A program made the position numbers and the translations under genes. Below are positions 1 to 14,721 of a stretch of 64,000 bases of DNA, one piece after another. The DNA is taken from contig JABVCE010000026.1 of assembly GCA_014905635.1 (NCBI GenBank), forward strand, positions 1 to 64,000, given 5' to 3'. Each line of letters begins with the position of its first letter. The first letter of the stretch is position 1. This DNA comes from Scenedesmus sp. PABB004 (taxonomy: Eukaryota). The notes beneath the pieces are model-generated. The model was not told where the DNA came from and made no database searches. It saw nothing but the letters and a program-made list of their open reading frames with translations.

Positions 1-235
1 CCTAAACCCTAAACCCTAAACCCTAAACCCTAAACCCTAAAACCTAAACCCTAAACCCTAAACCCTAAACCCTAAACCCTAAAACCCTAAAACCCTAAAA
101 CCTAAACCCTAAAACCTAAACCCTAAAACCTAAAACCTAAACCCTAAACCTATACCTAAAAACCTATACCTAAAAACCTAAAACCTAAACCCTAAAACCT
201 AAAACCTAAAACCTAAAACCTAAACCATAAAACCT
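1..235. repeat. Telomeric repeat tract (CCCTAAA)n = TTTAGGG on the minus strand, degenerating inward into CCCTAAAA, CCTAAAA and CCTATA variants
   Basis: Direct tandem array at the start of the window, C-rich strand oriented as expected for a left chromosome end. Confidence 0.97.
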
Positions 236-855
236 AGCTCTTACGGCAAGCGGGGGCTGCCAACTGCGCGCCCCCTCGCCGCCTAGCTGATCTTGCCGAG
301 GGGGGCCGCCTCACGGCCATTGCTGCACGGACGCATTCGTCCTTGCCTTGTCCCGAGCCCCCCGGCCCATCATCTGTCTTCGCCCCCGCGCCATGGGCTC
401 CCGTTGCGCGGCCGGGCGCCGAAGGGGCCAGCCCTCCTGTGGGGGGCTGCGGGTCGCGGCGGGGCCACCACCAAGCCCGCACTGAGCAGTGCTGCCGGTG
501 CCGACGTCGGGGGGGGGGCCTCACCCCGCGTCGCCGATGCCGCAACGGCAGACCCGCGCCGGGCGGCGCGGGAGCGGCGCACGTTTGCGTGCCCCAATGG
601 GCATTGAGGGAAGTCAAGGTCAAAGTCGTTTACGCCGTATGCTCGCGCACATCAGGCCCGCGCCCCTTAAGGACGGTTGCTGGTTCTTTAGGAGGGAAGT
701 CGGCCGCTGTGGTCACCCCCGCCCCTCGCCGCTTCACCTTTTACGCTGCATCCCCTCCCTGTGCGCACGCCCGGGGCGCGGCGCTGATGGCCTCGGGAGT
801 TTTGCCGCGCACCCAAGTGCCCGCGGCCACCCCCTCGCGTTCATTCGGCCACAGA

Positions 856-945
856 CGCTTCGTACTGGACGAGATCGACGGCCTCCCCGCCCGCGAGCTG
901 CTTTGCTTCATGCCACGCCCGACTGCACGCGCGTGCGCCCCCCGT
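856..945 (+). pseudogene. Degenerate, frameshifted fragment of the Cys-rich secreted protein gene found at 27764-25033
   Basis: 856-902 matches the reverse complement of 27652-27698 at 46/47 nt (RFVLDEIDGLPARELL); after a short indel, gccacgcccgactgcacgcgcgtgcgcccc resembles gccaagcccaactgcacgcgtgtgcacccc (ATPDCTRVRP vs AKPNCTRVHP). Confidence 0.7.
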
Positions 946-1075
946 CCGCCCCGCACCGCCGGGACATCGGCGAGCCTCGGCCGGTTACTCTCGGTGCCTG
1001 TTGCAGCACTGCACGCCCGCCCGCCACGGTCCTCGAGTCGCAGTGGCCGGGGAGCCGAGTGCGCGACCTTGCCCC

Positions 1076-3653
1076 TCACGCGCTCGGCGCGGCCACGCCG
1101 GCGTCGCCGGCGGCGGCCGGCGGCGCCGCGAGGCGCGCGAGGCTGTCGCGCATCGCGCCGCGGAAGGCGTCGTGGTGCATGAGGAACGCGCTCACGTGCC
1201 CGCCGCTCACCAGCCGCAGCTCGCTCCCCGGCCAATGCGCCTGCGGGGCCGGGGCGGCCGGTAGGTGGTGACGGCCAATGGGCGCGTGCGTCGCGCGCCG
1301 GGCGCCCGCGCGCCCGCGCGCCCGCGCGCCCGCGCGCCCGCGCGCCCGCGCCGCCCCGGTGCCCCGAGGTGGCGGCGCCGCCCAACACATCACACCCACC
1401 TGCAGCGCCTGCACGCTGGCGATGTCCACGTAGCCGTCGTCGCGCGCGGCGACCATGACCGCCGCGTCCGGCCGCACCGGCCTGCGCGCGCGGGCGGGCC
1501 GCGCGGGCCGTTGGGGGCAGCTCCCGGCGGGCGGCTTGGCGCGCAGCGCCCGGCGGCAGCGGCCCCCGTCACCCCGGCGCGCAGCGCAACCCCCGGCTCG
1601 AGCGCGCCCCCGGCCTGAGCGCGGCGCAGTGCCGCGCGTGACCGGCCGCACCGCGGGTAGCGGGTGACGTCGGTGTAGGTCTCGAGCACGTGCCGCAGCC
1701 GCCGGAAGGTGTCCGGCGGCGGCACGTCGGCGGGGTCGACCAGCGCCCGCACCGCCGGCTGCACCTGCCGCCGCCACACCTGCCGGCGCCAGCTGCCGTC
1801 GTCCGACTCGGCTGGCCGCTGCGCCGCCGCGCGCTGCTGCGGTTCCTGCCGCCTCTGCGGCGCCGCCTGCGGCGCTGCTTGCACCTCGTGCGCTGCGTGC
1901 GCGGCGTCGCGGTGGTCTGCCGCGGCTTGCTCAGCGTCTGCCGCCTCGCTGACGGCCGCGAGCGCCGCGGCCTGCTGTGCCGCCGCGACCGCCTCGTCCG
2001 CAGCGGCTGCAGCGTCCTCGAGTGCTTGCTGCGACTTGACGGCACGCTCCTGCTCCTGCTGCTGCAAGCGCACGTAGCGCGCCTGCTGCAGCAGCGACAC
2101 CGGCTGCGACGCGGCCGCCACCACGCGCTCGACCTGCGGCGCCGAGGCGCGCGGCGGGCGCGGCGCGCGGCGCTCAGCGGGGGCCCCGGTCAGCAGCACC
2201 GGCGGCGCGGCTGCCGTGCCACGCGGCCGCCGCGGCGGTGGCGGGCCCCGCCCGCCAGCGTGCGCGCACAGCACGCGCCTCGTTGTCCGCCCAGTCGTGC
2301 TCGGTGAGCAGCGCATGCCATGCCATGAGCGGCGCGAGCGCGCCGTCGCAGTAGGCCACGGCGGCGCTGCGTGGCGTGAGTAGCGGCGTGATGGCCAGGG
2401 GCAGGGGGTACAGCCCCGCCGTCATGGCGGCGTGCACGCCGCCCATGGAGAGGCCGCAGATGCCGCGCTGCTCGACGCCCTCCTGCTCCAGCCAGTGCAG
2501 GAGGCAGAGGCTCTCGTAGATGGTGGCCCTGCGGCGAGGCGCGGCGCGGCGCGGCGCGGCGCGGCGCGGCGCGGCGCGGCGCACGGTGAGCGCGCCGCAG
2601 CACCGCCCGCCCAGCAACACCACGAGCGCGCACGCACGCCGGCTTGCAGCGCCGGGCCGCCGGCCCGCCTGCGTCGCAGCAGCGCGCTCTCACCAGCCCA
2701 GCGCCAGCAGGTCGCTCACGGCGCACAGCTTGGAACCGCGCTGCGCGGCCGGCCGCCGCGCGCCGTAGTACGGAGACTCGTGCACGAGCTGGCAGACGCC
2801 CTGCAGGCAGCGACGGCGGGGCGGGCGGGCCAAGCCGGGTGCGACCAGCGAGAGGCTGGCGCGCGGCGGCGCGCGGCGACGCGCTGGCCCGGCTCAGCCC
2901 AACGCCGAGCGCCGGCGCCGCGCGCCAGCGGGCGCACCTGCTGCAGTAACGGGCCGCCCAGCCGCAGCCGCCGGGCGAATCCATGGTCGCCCGTGGCGGC
3001 CAGGTGCAGCACCGCCGCGCTGGTGTGGGGCTGCTCAAACAGCGGCGCGGCACGGGCGGCGCCGCCCCGCGGCGCCCCCGGCGCCGGCACGAGCAGCTGC
3101 ACGCGCCCCACGCGGCTCTCTTCGGGCAGCGCGTCGTAGATGCGGTTCACGCAGGGCGTCCTGCGCGGCGTGCAGGCGGCAGCAGCGTGTTGACGGCGGC
3201 AGGTGTGGTGGGGCGGCGCGGGCCCCGCGCCCGCGCGCGTGCGCCCGGCCCCCAGGCGGCGGCGCGGCGCGCGCCTGAAGCTGCCCTCGTAGAGCTTGTA
3301 CGGCGCGCCTTCCCAGGACCCCGACTGCAGCAGCCTCCAGTTGATCTGCGCGCGACCGCACGGGCGGGCAGGCGGGCGGGCGTTGGGGCGCCGTGCCCGG
3401 GCCGCCGCCCGCGGCGGTGCGGCGCCGGTGCGGGCGGCGCTGCGCGCACGTGCATGGGCTGCGGCGGCCAGTCGCTGATCATGTCGATGTCCTGCTGCAG
3501 GTCGACGATGCCCAGGTTGCCCCAGCCGCGCTCAAAGAAGCGGGCGTTGAGGCCGCCCAGGCGCGCGTAAAGCAAGTCGAGCGGACGCCCCACCGCCTCC
3601 AGCACGGCCGCGCTCAGCGGCCGGCCGCTCAGCAGGGGCTTGAGCAGGTCCAT
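1076..3653 (-). CDS. ABHD18: ABHD18/DUF2048-family alpha/beta hydrolase (about 8 exons)
   Basis: Spliced exons give FFERGWG, VLHLAATGDHGFARR, ESPYYGARRP, GLSMGGVHA (GxSxG nucleophile), ARDDGYV and WPGSELRLVSGGHVSAFL. Confidence 0.85.
2531..2582. repeat. (GCGGC)n pentanucleotide microsatellite in an ABHD18 intron
   Basis: About 10 tandem copies seen directly; a similar tract lies near 62613-62650. Confidence 0.85.
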
Positions 3654-4453
3654 GGCGGGGCGACTGCTGGCGAGGGGAGGGGAGGGGAGGGGAGGAGGGG
3701 AGGAGGCCGGGCGGCGTCGGCGGCGGCCGCGCCGTCGTCGACGCAGTGCGCACGGCGGGCCTGCTGCCGCTGCCGTCGCCTGCTTCTGCGCGGGGCCGCT
3801 GCTGCGGCAGGCCAATTATGGTCACAGCGCGACCCGTATGCGTGACAGCGGGTCGGGGCGCGCCAATGCTGGCTGCGCGCGCCGCCGCAGGCGCAACGCC
3901 GCCGCTGCACCGCCCTGCCGCGCGCACCGCTGCCCCGGCGTGCGGGCTCGCCGTCGTCCGTCAACACGCGGGCGCGCCTGCTGCGACCGTGGTGCAAAGC
4001 TCCGGTCGCGCGCACGGCCAGCCGTGCGGCGGCAGCGGCAGCGCGGCAGCAGCGGCAGCGCTGCGGCGGCAGCGGCGCGGTCGCTGCCCTTTTCCTCTGG
4101 CGGAGCGCGCGGGGGTCAGGCCGGTCACCTGGCGGACGTCGGGAGCTGCGCGCCGCCGCCGCCTCCACAGAACCGCTGCGACGACGGCGACTGACCGGAC
4201 GCCGCGGCAGCCCACGGTGGCGCCCTTTACCGCGACGCTACTACAGGCGCCTGGTGCAATTGCACCGAGCGGCAGGCGCTGCTCGCTGCGCACGCGGCCA
4301 CCCAGCCCTGCCTGCGGCGGCGCGCGCCCGGAGCGCGCAGCCGCGCGCGGCCCCGGCAGTCCCCCTCTCCACCATCCCGGCCCACCGCTGCCCGCCCGCC
4401 CGCCCGCCCGCCTTGCTGCTGCTGCTGCTGGTGCCACGCGCTGCGCCGCGCGG

Positions 4454-5876
4454 TCACTTGATGGCGGTGCTGCCGGAGCCGCCCGACAGCACGTTGGCTG
4501 CTGCCGCCTCGGCCTCGCGCCGCGCGTCATACTTCTCGCGCCGCATCGGGATCGTGTCGCCAAAGCCCTCCGCCAGGCACGCGGCGCGGTACTCCTCGAC
4601 GCTGCGCCACGCGGTGCCCACGGGCAGCTCCTCGGCGCACTGCTGCCACGCGAGGCGGCGGATGTCGTCGGCCTCCTCCTTGAGCGCCTCCTTCTCGTCG
4701 TCGCTCAGCGCGCGGATGAAGCGCGCCGGCACGCCGCCCCACAGCTCGCCTGGCGCGCGCGCGCGCGGGGCGGGCGGGGGCGGCGTGGGCCCGCGGCGCG
4801 GCTGCGCGGGCCGCGCCGCGCGGCGCTGGCGCTCGTGCGGGCCGCAGCACGCACCCTCGGGCACGCGGCGCGTGGGCGGCAGCACGCTGCCGGGCGCGAG
4901 CACGCTGTGGCTCTCCATCATGCTGCCCTCCAGCAGCACGCTGCGCGCGCCAACCTGTGTGCGGCGGCGCACGCGCGGCGCGGCGCGCTCACGCGGAGAG
5001 CGGGGCCTCGCGTCTGCGGGACACCCGACCACGCCGCCCCGCGCGCCCAGCCGCCGCTGCCGTTGCCGCCCGCCGCTGCTGCTGCCGCCGCCCGCCGCCG
5101 GCGCCGCACCTTGGCGTAGTCACCGATGCGGCAGCTGCGCAGCGCGCAGTTGGGCTCGATGGTGACAAATTTGCCGATCTTAACCGCCGCGGACATGCCC
5201 GTCGGCGACGTCCTGCGCACGCGGCGCAACGCCGCCGTCGGCGAGCGCCCACGCGGCTGCTGCAGCCACGCGCCACGCGCGCCAGCCGCACAGCTGTCGG
5301 GCCTCGGCCCCCGCCGCCGCGCGTGGGCCGTTGCTGCCGTCGCTGCGCCAGCGGCAGCAGCGCGTGCGGCGGCAGCGCGGGCGCGCACCTGGCGGCGTGG
5401 ATGACGGTGCGGTCCTGGATGTTGGTCACGTGGCCCACGGTGATGTTGTTGAGGTCGCCGCGCAGCACCACGTTGTTCCACACGCTCACCTGCGCCCGGC
5501 GGCGCCCGGCGGCGCGGGCGGTGAGCAGCATGATCCAGCCCCGCGCCCTCCGGCCTCGCTGCTGGCCCGGGCGCCCCTGCGGCGCCGCGGGCGGGTCGCG
5601 CACCCGGTCCAGCAGGTCCACGTCGCCCGCCACGACCGCGGAGGGCGAGATCCAGACGCTCGCGGCCACATGCGGCAGCCGGTTGCCCAGGCTCAGCTGC
5701 ACGCGCTGGCGGAGGTACCACTCCTCGCTGATGTCCTTGTTGGTCACCGCGGGCGCCACGCTCTCGAACGCGCGCACCTGGCCGGCGCTGCCCAGCCCGC
5801 AGGCCGCCTGCGCCGGCGCCAGGCCGCCCACCGGGCCGCCCTGGCACAGCCGCAGCAGGCGCCCGGCGCGCTGCAT
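4454..5876 (-). CDS. Gamma carbonic anhydrase-like (CAL-type) subunit of mitochondrial complex I
   Basis: Hexapeptide repeats: WYLRQR, SVWNNVVLRGDLNNITVG, NIQDRTVIHAARTSPTG, GSVLPPTRRVPEGELWGGVPARFIR; full Zn-His set absent as in CAL; Arg-rich presequence. Confidence 0.9.
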
Positions 5877-6235
5877 CGCGGCCGCCAAGCGCGCGAGGGC
5901 GCCTCGCGCAGGGGGGCTCGTCTGCTGCTGCCCCGGCGGGCGCGGCGGGCTGGGGACGCGGCCCGCGGGGCGACTGGTGCGAGCGCCGTTGGGAATGGGC
6001 GACGCTACGTCGGGCCGCAGGTCCTCCGACGGCGGCGGCGGCGGCGGGGCGGCGCTGCACCGCGCCCCGACGACGCAACCCCGCGCGGCCCTGTCCGCAC
6101 TGCCACGCCCCCCCCCCCCGCCCCACACCGCTCCGCTGCCACCAAGACGGAGCACCGAGAGCGCCGGCGGGAGCGCGGCAGCAGCGCGGCGGCAGCGCGG
6201 CAGCGAGCGGGGGCGCCCGCTGCTGCTGCGGGAGC

Positions 6236-7360
6236 ATGAGCGCCGCGCCGTTCTCGTGGCCCTTCTTCTACGCCTACCCGCCCTACTTCACGTGAGACAG
6301 CGGGCGGGACGCGGGGCGGGTGCGGCAAGGGCCGCCGCCGCCCACGCCGCCCACCGCGCTGCTCGGCCGCGCGCGCAGGCGCCAGCCGATCAAGGAGACG
6401 GCGGACAAGCAGAGCAGCCTGTGGGGCGGCCTCATCCTGGCCTACTGCAAGCACCACGCGGTGCGGCGCAGCGCGCGGCGCGGGCTGGCAGCTGCCGGCA
6501 GCGCTGGCGCGCCGCGAGCCCGTCGCCGCGCCGCCCCCGCGCCGCGGCAGCTCTACGTCCTCTCGCCATTGGAGGACCTCCCGCTCTGGCACAACAAAGA
6601 CATCAACCGTGAGCCAGGGGGGGGGGCACAGGGGGACGGCACTGGCCGGCCGGGGCCGCGGCGTTTGCGCAGCCGCGCTCACAGCGGCGCCCGCACGCGC
6701 TGCCGCGGCGCCGCGCAGGCCGCCTGCCCGCCGAGGCGGCGGTGGCGTTCCTGGATGACCTGGTGGCGGCAGGCGCGGCGCCGCAGCGCCCCTGGCGGCG
6801 GCGGCCAGGTGCACCCGGCACGCAGAGCGTCACCCGCCGCCGCCGCCGCCGCCACCGCCGCCGCGCACACGCGCGCGCAGGGTCGGCGCTGTGGCTCGAC
6901 CCGCCCACCAAGGGCCGCTGCCTCGTGCTGTGGCGGCGCCTGCCGGACGTGGCGGCGGCCATCAGCGCCTGGGCGGCCAGCTACGGCGTGAGCGACAGCG
7001 TGATGCTGCTGGACGAGCTGGCGAGCGGCGCAGAGGTTGCGGGCACCGGTGCGCGCGCGCGCAGGCGCGGAGGGAGGGCGGCGACGGGGGGTGCGCGGTG
7101 GCTGCCCCCTCCCCTGACCCCCCGCCCCGGCCGGCAAACAGAGCTGGAGGGCCTGCACCGCGAGGTGCTCGTGCGCGCGCTGCAGCTGCTGGAGGCGCAG
7201 GGCAAAGTCAAGTGCGTGCCGCCGCTGCCGTCCCCGCAGCAGCGCCGGTCGCGCCCGCCCCCGCGCCCAGGCACGCCGCCGCCGCCGCCGCCGCCCCCAC
7301 GCGGCTGCCAGGCTATTTCGCGGCGCGACGCCGGAGGAGGAGGGCGTCAAGTTCCTGTGA
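6236..7360 (+). CDS. VPS25: ESCRT-II subunit VPS25 (7 exons)
   Basis: MSAAPFSWPFFYAYPPYFT|RQP..ET..KQ..LW..LILAYC, LVLWRR, ELEGLHREVLVRALQLLEAQGK, C-terminal GVKFL*. Confidence 0.93.
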
Positions 7361-7538
7361 CGCAGCGGCGCGCGGGGTTCTGGCGCTTCCCGTCGCGCGC
7401 GCCGTTGCCTGCCTGCCTGCCTGCCTGAGTAATTGTTCCACGCACACGGCCCACCAGCTCGGCTCGGCACCACACCACCGCGCTGTCCGCCGCCGCTGCC
7501 GCTCGCCGCCGCGTGCGCCGCTGCTGCCGCCGCGCACG

Positions 7539-10224
<2,686 letters not shown>

Positions 10225-10492
10225 GGCGGCGCCCGCGCCTGCGGCGCGCCGTGCGGTCGGCGCGCCCCGCGCGCCGGGGCGGGTGCCCGCTGGCGGGCGG
10301 CCGAGGTCCGGCAGCGGTCGGGTCGCGTGATCGAGGGACTTGAACCCAACCCGTGTGCGCGTGAGCGGTGGGCGGGGTGTCGCAGCGAGTTGTTCAGCGT
10401 TGCACCGTGCGGCGGCGGCACCCGCCGGTCGGCCATTGCCTGCCGCGGCATGCAGCGCCCGCCGCTGCGTGTTGACGTAACAGCTGACTGGC

Positions 10493-13400
10493 TCACCCCT
10501 CGCGCGCCGCTGGCACGCGCCACCCCAGCAGCCCGCCGCCGGTCGAGGCGCGTGCCAGGCGTCGCTGGCTGCCGGGCTGGAGCTGCACGCTGCTGATGCG
10601 CAGCGCGGGCTGCGACGCCTCGACGCTTGGCAGCTGGGGAGCCAGCAGCGGCGGCGGGAAGGTGCGCAGTCGGGCAAACCTGCGCACGCCGGCGACGGCG
10701 GCGGCGCCGCCGCCAGCTTGACGGCCGCTGCCTGCCAGCGCAGCCGAGGCCTTCTGCGCCGCCGCAGCGATGGCGATGACGCGCTGGCTGCCGGCGCTGG
10801 CCAGCGGCTGCTCAGCTGAGCCGACTGGCAGCGATTGCTGTGCGCCCACAGCGCCGCAGCTGGCTGCTGCGCAGCTGGCCGGCGGGGGCGCACACTGCTC
10901 GCAGCGGGGGCGCACGGCCGGGCCGTCTGCGCCCGTGCTGCGGCCGCCAGCGATGCCGGGGGCGGCAGCCCCGCTCACCGGCCGGCCGCCGCTGCCACGA
11001 GCGTCTGCGCAGCTGCGGAGCCGGGGCGCCGAGGCTGGCCGCCGCTCCGCGCTCGAGGCGCCCGCAGATGCAGCTGCCCGGGCGACGCCTGTCATGGCCT
11101 TGACGGCGCCAAAGGCACTGGCCTCGCCTGTGCGTGCCCGCGCGCTGCCGCAGCGGCCGAGCCAACCTGCCGCCAGGGCACCTGGCGCAGTGCTGCGCGC
11201 TTGGCTGCTGCTCGCTTGGCGTCGTGGCGCCGCCACCAGCGCGTCGTCGCTTGCGAGCGCCACCGACAGCAGCGCCAGGGCTGCGTCTGCAGCGCCCGTG
11301 GGCTGCCTGTTGGTGCTGGCTGCAGCCGCGTCGTCGTCGCTGCCGTCTGCGCTGCCGATGAAGCTGCGGCGGCCGAGCACCGGCTGGGGCACACCGCTGC
11401 AGCCGGCTGTGGGCGCGCGCGCCGGCTCGGCGGTGCGGCCAGCGGTCAGCCCGGCAGGCCCTGCCTTGGCCAGCGCCGCCTTGGCCGGCGCCGCCTTGGC
11501 CGGCGAGGCCTTGGCTGACACCACCTTGACCAGCGCCGGCCTGGCCGGTGCCGGCTGGCGCCGCTGGAGCTCATGGAGCTGCCGCGCCGTCGCGAGGAGT
11601 TGGTCGTACTGTGCCTGCAGCGCCACGAGATACGCCGCTGGCCCCTCCGCGCTGCCGCAGGCGCCGGGCCGCTGCGCATCGGCGTGCGGCAGTAGCACCG
11701 GGAACACGCGCTGAAAGAGGCCCGCGTGGCGCGCCTGCCAGCGGTCGCGCGCGGCGAGCAGCGCGTCCAGCTGGGCTTGGTGCGCAGCACGCGCGCCAGC
11801 CTCGCCGCCGCTGCCGCCCACGCCCGCCTCGCTGCTGGCGCCACCCGCGGCTGCTGCGCGGGCGCGCGGCGGCGACGGCGCCAGCAGGCGCGCCTGCTCG
11901 CGGCGCGCGCGCGCGGCAGGGCGGGCGGCGATCGGGCGGCTGAGCTACCGCCCGCCAGCTGCGAGGCACGAGCTCGCGAGGCTCGCCCGCCAGCTGGCGG
12001 TGAGCTCACCCTTGTCGCGCGCCGCGCGGCGGCCTTGGCGGCTGCGACGCCGGCGGGCTCGACGCGCACGAGCTGGGGTTGCGCGGCGGCGGCGGCGGTG
12101 GCGGCGGCGGTGGCGTGGCTCACTGCTGCCGCCGCCGCTGGTTGTGGCGCCCCGCCGCGCCCCACCGCGCCCCGCCGCGCCCCGCCGCGTGCGCTGCCGC
12201 ACCGTGAGCGCGTCCACGATGAGCTGCTCCTTGATGGCGCGGTCGAGGGGCGAGTCGATGGCGAACGAGGGAGAGTGGTTGACCTCCAGCAGCCACGGCG
12301 ACAGGGCCTCGTCCAGCAGCACGTCAAAGCCAAGGATCTCAAAGCACCGCGGCGCGGCGGTGGCGCGGCTGAGCGGGGGGCCAGCCGGCACGGTCAGCGC
12401 GGCAGCCGTGGCGGCGAGGTGGGGCGTGACTGCGATGACCGCCTGTGTCACGACCTGCGCGACGCTCGCCCACACGCTCGCCCAGCACACGCCCTGGGCC
12501 TCCAGGTGCCGGCGCAGCTGCGCCAGGCTCCATTTGATGCCCCCCGCGGGCGCGCCGTCCGCGCGCGCGTTGACCGCGTAGTTGGAGAGGTGCATGCTCG
12601 CCGTGCCCAGATTGCCCGGCGCGGGGGCCTCGTAGCGCGTCGCGCACAGCCGCGCCAGGCCCTCGCGGTACAGGAAGAGCTGCGCCGGCGCGCCGCGGCG
12701 GGCCCTGCCCTAGCCGGCCAGCGTGCGCGCACAATTGCCAGAAGCTGGCGCGCAGGCTGGGCCGGCGCGGCGGCGCGGCGCGCACCCGCAGCGGCGCCAC
12801 GTCGGCGACCAGCACGTAGAGGCGCAGGTCAAACTTGCGTCCGTCAATCAGCAGCGGCCGCGCCACGTACGCCTGCGCCACCGCTGCGCCAATGCCAGCC
12901 AGGGCCGCCGCCACGCGGCCGGCGCTGCCGCCGGTGACCAGCCGGATCCCCCGGCCCTGGCACCCGGCATCGGGCTTTACGATGAAGCAGCTTTTCGAGC
13001 CCTGCGCGCGCGCCGCGGCGAGGAAGGCCGGCAGCTGTTCTGGCAGCACCCAGCTGTGCGGCAGAAAGGCCCCAAATCCCGGCACCGCGTCCGCCATGCG
13101 CTGCAGCAGGCGGGCCATCGACGCCTTGCGCGCCAGAGTGAGCATGCCAGCCCAGTGGTTGAGCCGCTGCGTCGGGGCGAGCGCGAGCACGCGCTCGGGC
13201 GCGACCTGCGCGTCGTCGTCGGCGGCGGCGGCGGCGCGTGTTCAGGCTCTGGAGCTGGCATCGCGCGGCGCGCTGCCAGCGCTGTCCCACGCCTCCACGC
13301 ACCGACGTGTCAGTCCACGCCAGGTCCCAGTCGCCCTCGCCCACGAGCTGCCAGCCGAGCCGCGCAGCCACGAGCCGCACTGCGCGCGGCGGCGGCGGCC

Positions 13401-13586
13401 GAGCTCGGCGGCGCTCGCGGCAGCGCGCCGCGCAGCTCGCGGGCGGCGCCGCGCGCTGCGGCTGGAGCTCCAACTGGCCCGGGCAAATCCGGCCAGGCAC
13501 TCACGCAGCTCGTATGAGCAGCCACTCAAGTCGACGCGCAGCGGCGGCGGCGGCACGCGCCGCTTTTCGCCGCGGGGGCGCTCCAT
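10493..13586 (-). CDS. Tubulin-tyrosine ligase-like polyglutamylase (TTLL6/7/13-like) with a low-complexity C-terminus
   Basis: WDLAWTD, QRLNHW, IVKPDAGCQGRGI, PLLIDGRKFDLRLYVLV, MHLSNYAVN, CFEILGFDVLLD..PWLLEVNHSPSF; start and end are approximate. Confidence 0.88.
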
Positions 13587-13858
13587 GCTGCGCGGCGCCC
13601 CCAGCACGTGTCGGCGCCTCGCCACGGTGAGCTGGACTGCTGGCAATGCCGGGACCGCGCGCTGACCGGCCGCCGGCGGCGCCGAGACCTGCGCCGCCGC
13701 GTCGCGACGGCCCGCGGCCACGCGCCGGCGGCGATCGCGTCCGACAGTTGCCTAGCCCGGCCTGTCGCTCCCTCGCCCCGCCCGGCGCAGCTGGCCGCCC
13801 GCTCTCCGCCGGCGCCTGCGGTCGCTCGCCGCCTTGGCTCGCCCGCGACCGCTCACAC

Positions 13859-14368
13859 ATGAGCAACGACTGCGCCACGCGCGTGGCGTGGGGCTTTGGA
13901 GTCGGATCCGCGCTGGGCGCGTCCATCGGTGCGGGCGGTCGGGGCTGCGCGGCGGCCGGCCGGGCAGCGGCGCCGGCGAGCGCTGCTGCTGCCGCACGCC
14001 GCACGCCGACGCGCGCCGCCGACCTGCGCGCCAGGTGCCATGTACGGCACGTACGGCGCGTTCAAGCACAGGGTGCGCCGCCGTGGCAGCCGCGCGCTGC
14101 AACGCCGGCAGCGGCGGCGCCACCGCGTGCCGCTTAGTGCGCGCCCGCGCGACGCGCGCCGCCACCGCCAGGTGCCGGGGCTGTTCAAGATCCGCTTTGT
14201 GGGACAGAGCACGGTGCAGACAGGGCTGGTGAGCGCGAGGGGTCCGGGCGCTGCAGCCGGAGAGGGCTCGCCGCTGGCCGCCGGCGCTGACCGCCGCGCC
14301 GCGCTCCTGCCCGGCAGGCGTTTGGCGTCTTCCTCGCGGCTGGCTCGTTCCTGCAGTGCGGGCGGTGA
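13859..14368 (+). CDS. ROMO1: ROMO1/Mgr2 small mitochondrial inner-membrane protein (4 exons)
   Basis: Spliced product MSNDCATRVAWGFGVGSALGASIGAMYGTYGAFKHRVPGLFKIRFVGQSTVQTGLAFGVFLAAGSFLQCGR*. Confidence 0.88.
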
Positions 14369-14721
14369 GGCCGCGGCACGGCCGGTGCCCGCAGCGGCAG
14401 CGGCCACTGCAGAGTGGGCAGCCGGCGCCGTGAGCGCGGCGGCGGGGCGGCGAGCAGTGGCGGAGGGGGGCGTGCGGGAGACCTGAGCGCGAGCGAGTGA
14501 GGCTGCCTGCCGGGTTGGCGCCAGCCGCGGGCTGCGACACGCCAGAGCGGCACGCTGGGCAACCGGAGCGGGCGGCGCAGCTGGCGGTCCGTGCGCTCGC
14601 TCGCTGCGCGCGGACCCAGCCGCCTCGGCAGCCCGTTGCCGCGGCGCACCACCACCCCGCGCCCCGCTGCTGCGCGCCGGAGCCCCCGAGAGGCGCCGCG
14701 GGCGGGGGGGGGGGGGCGGTG

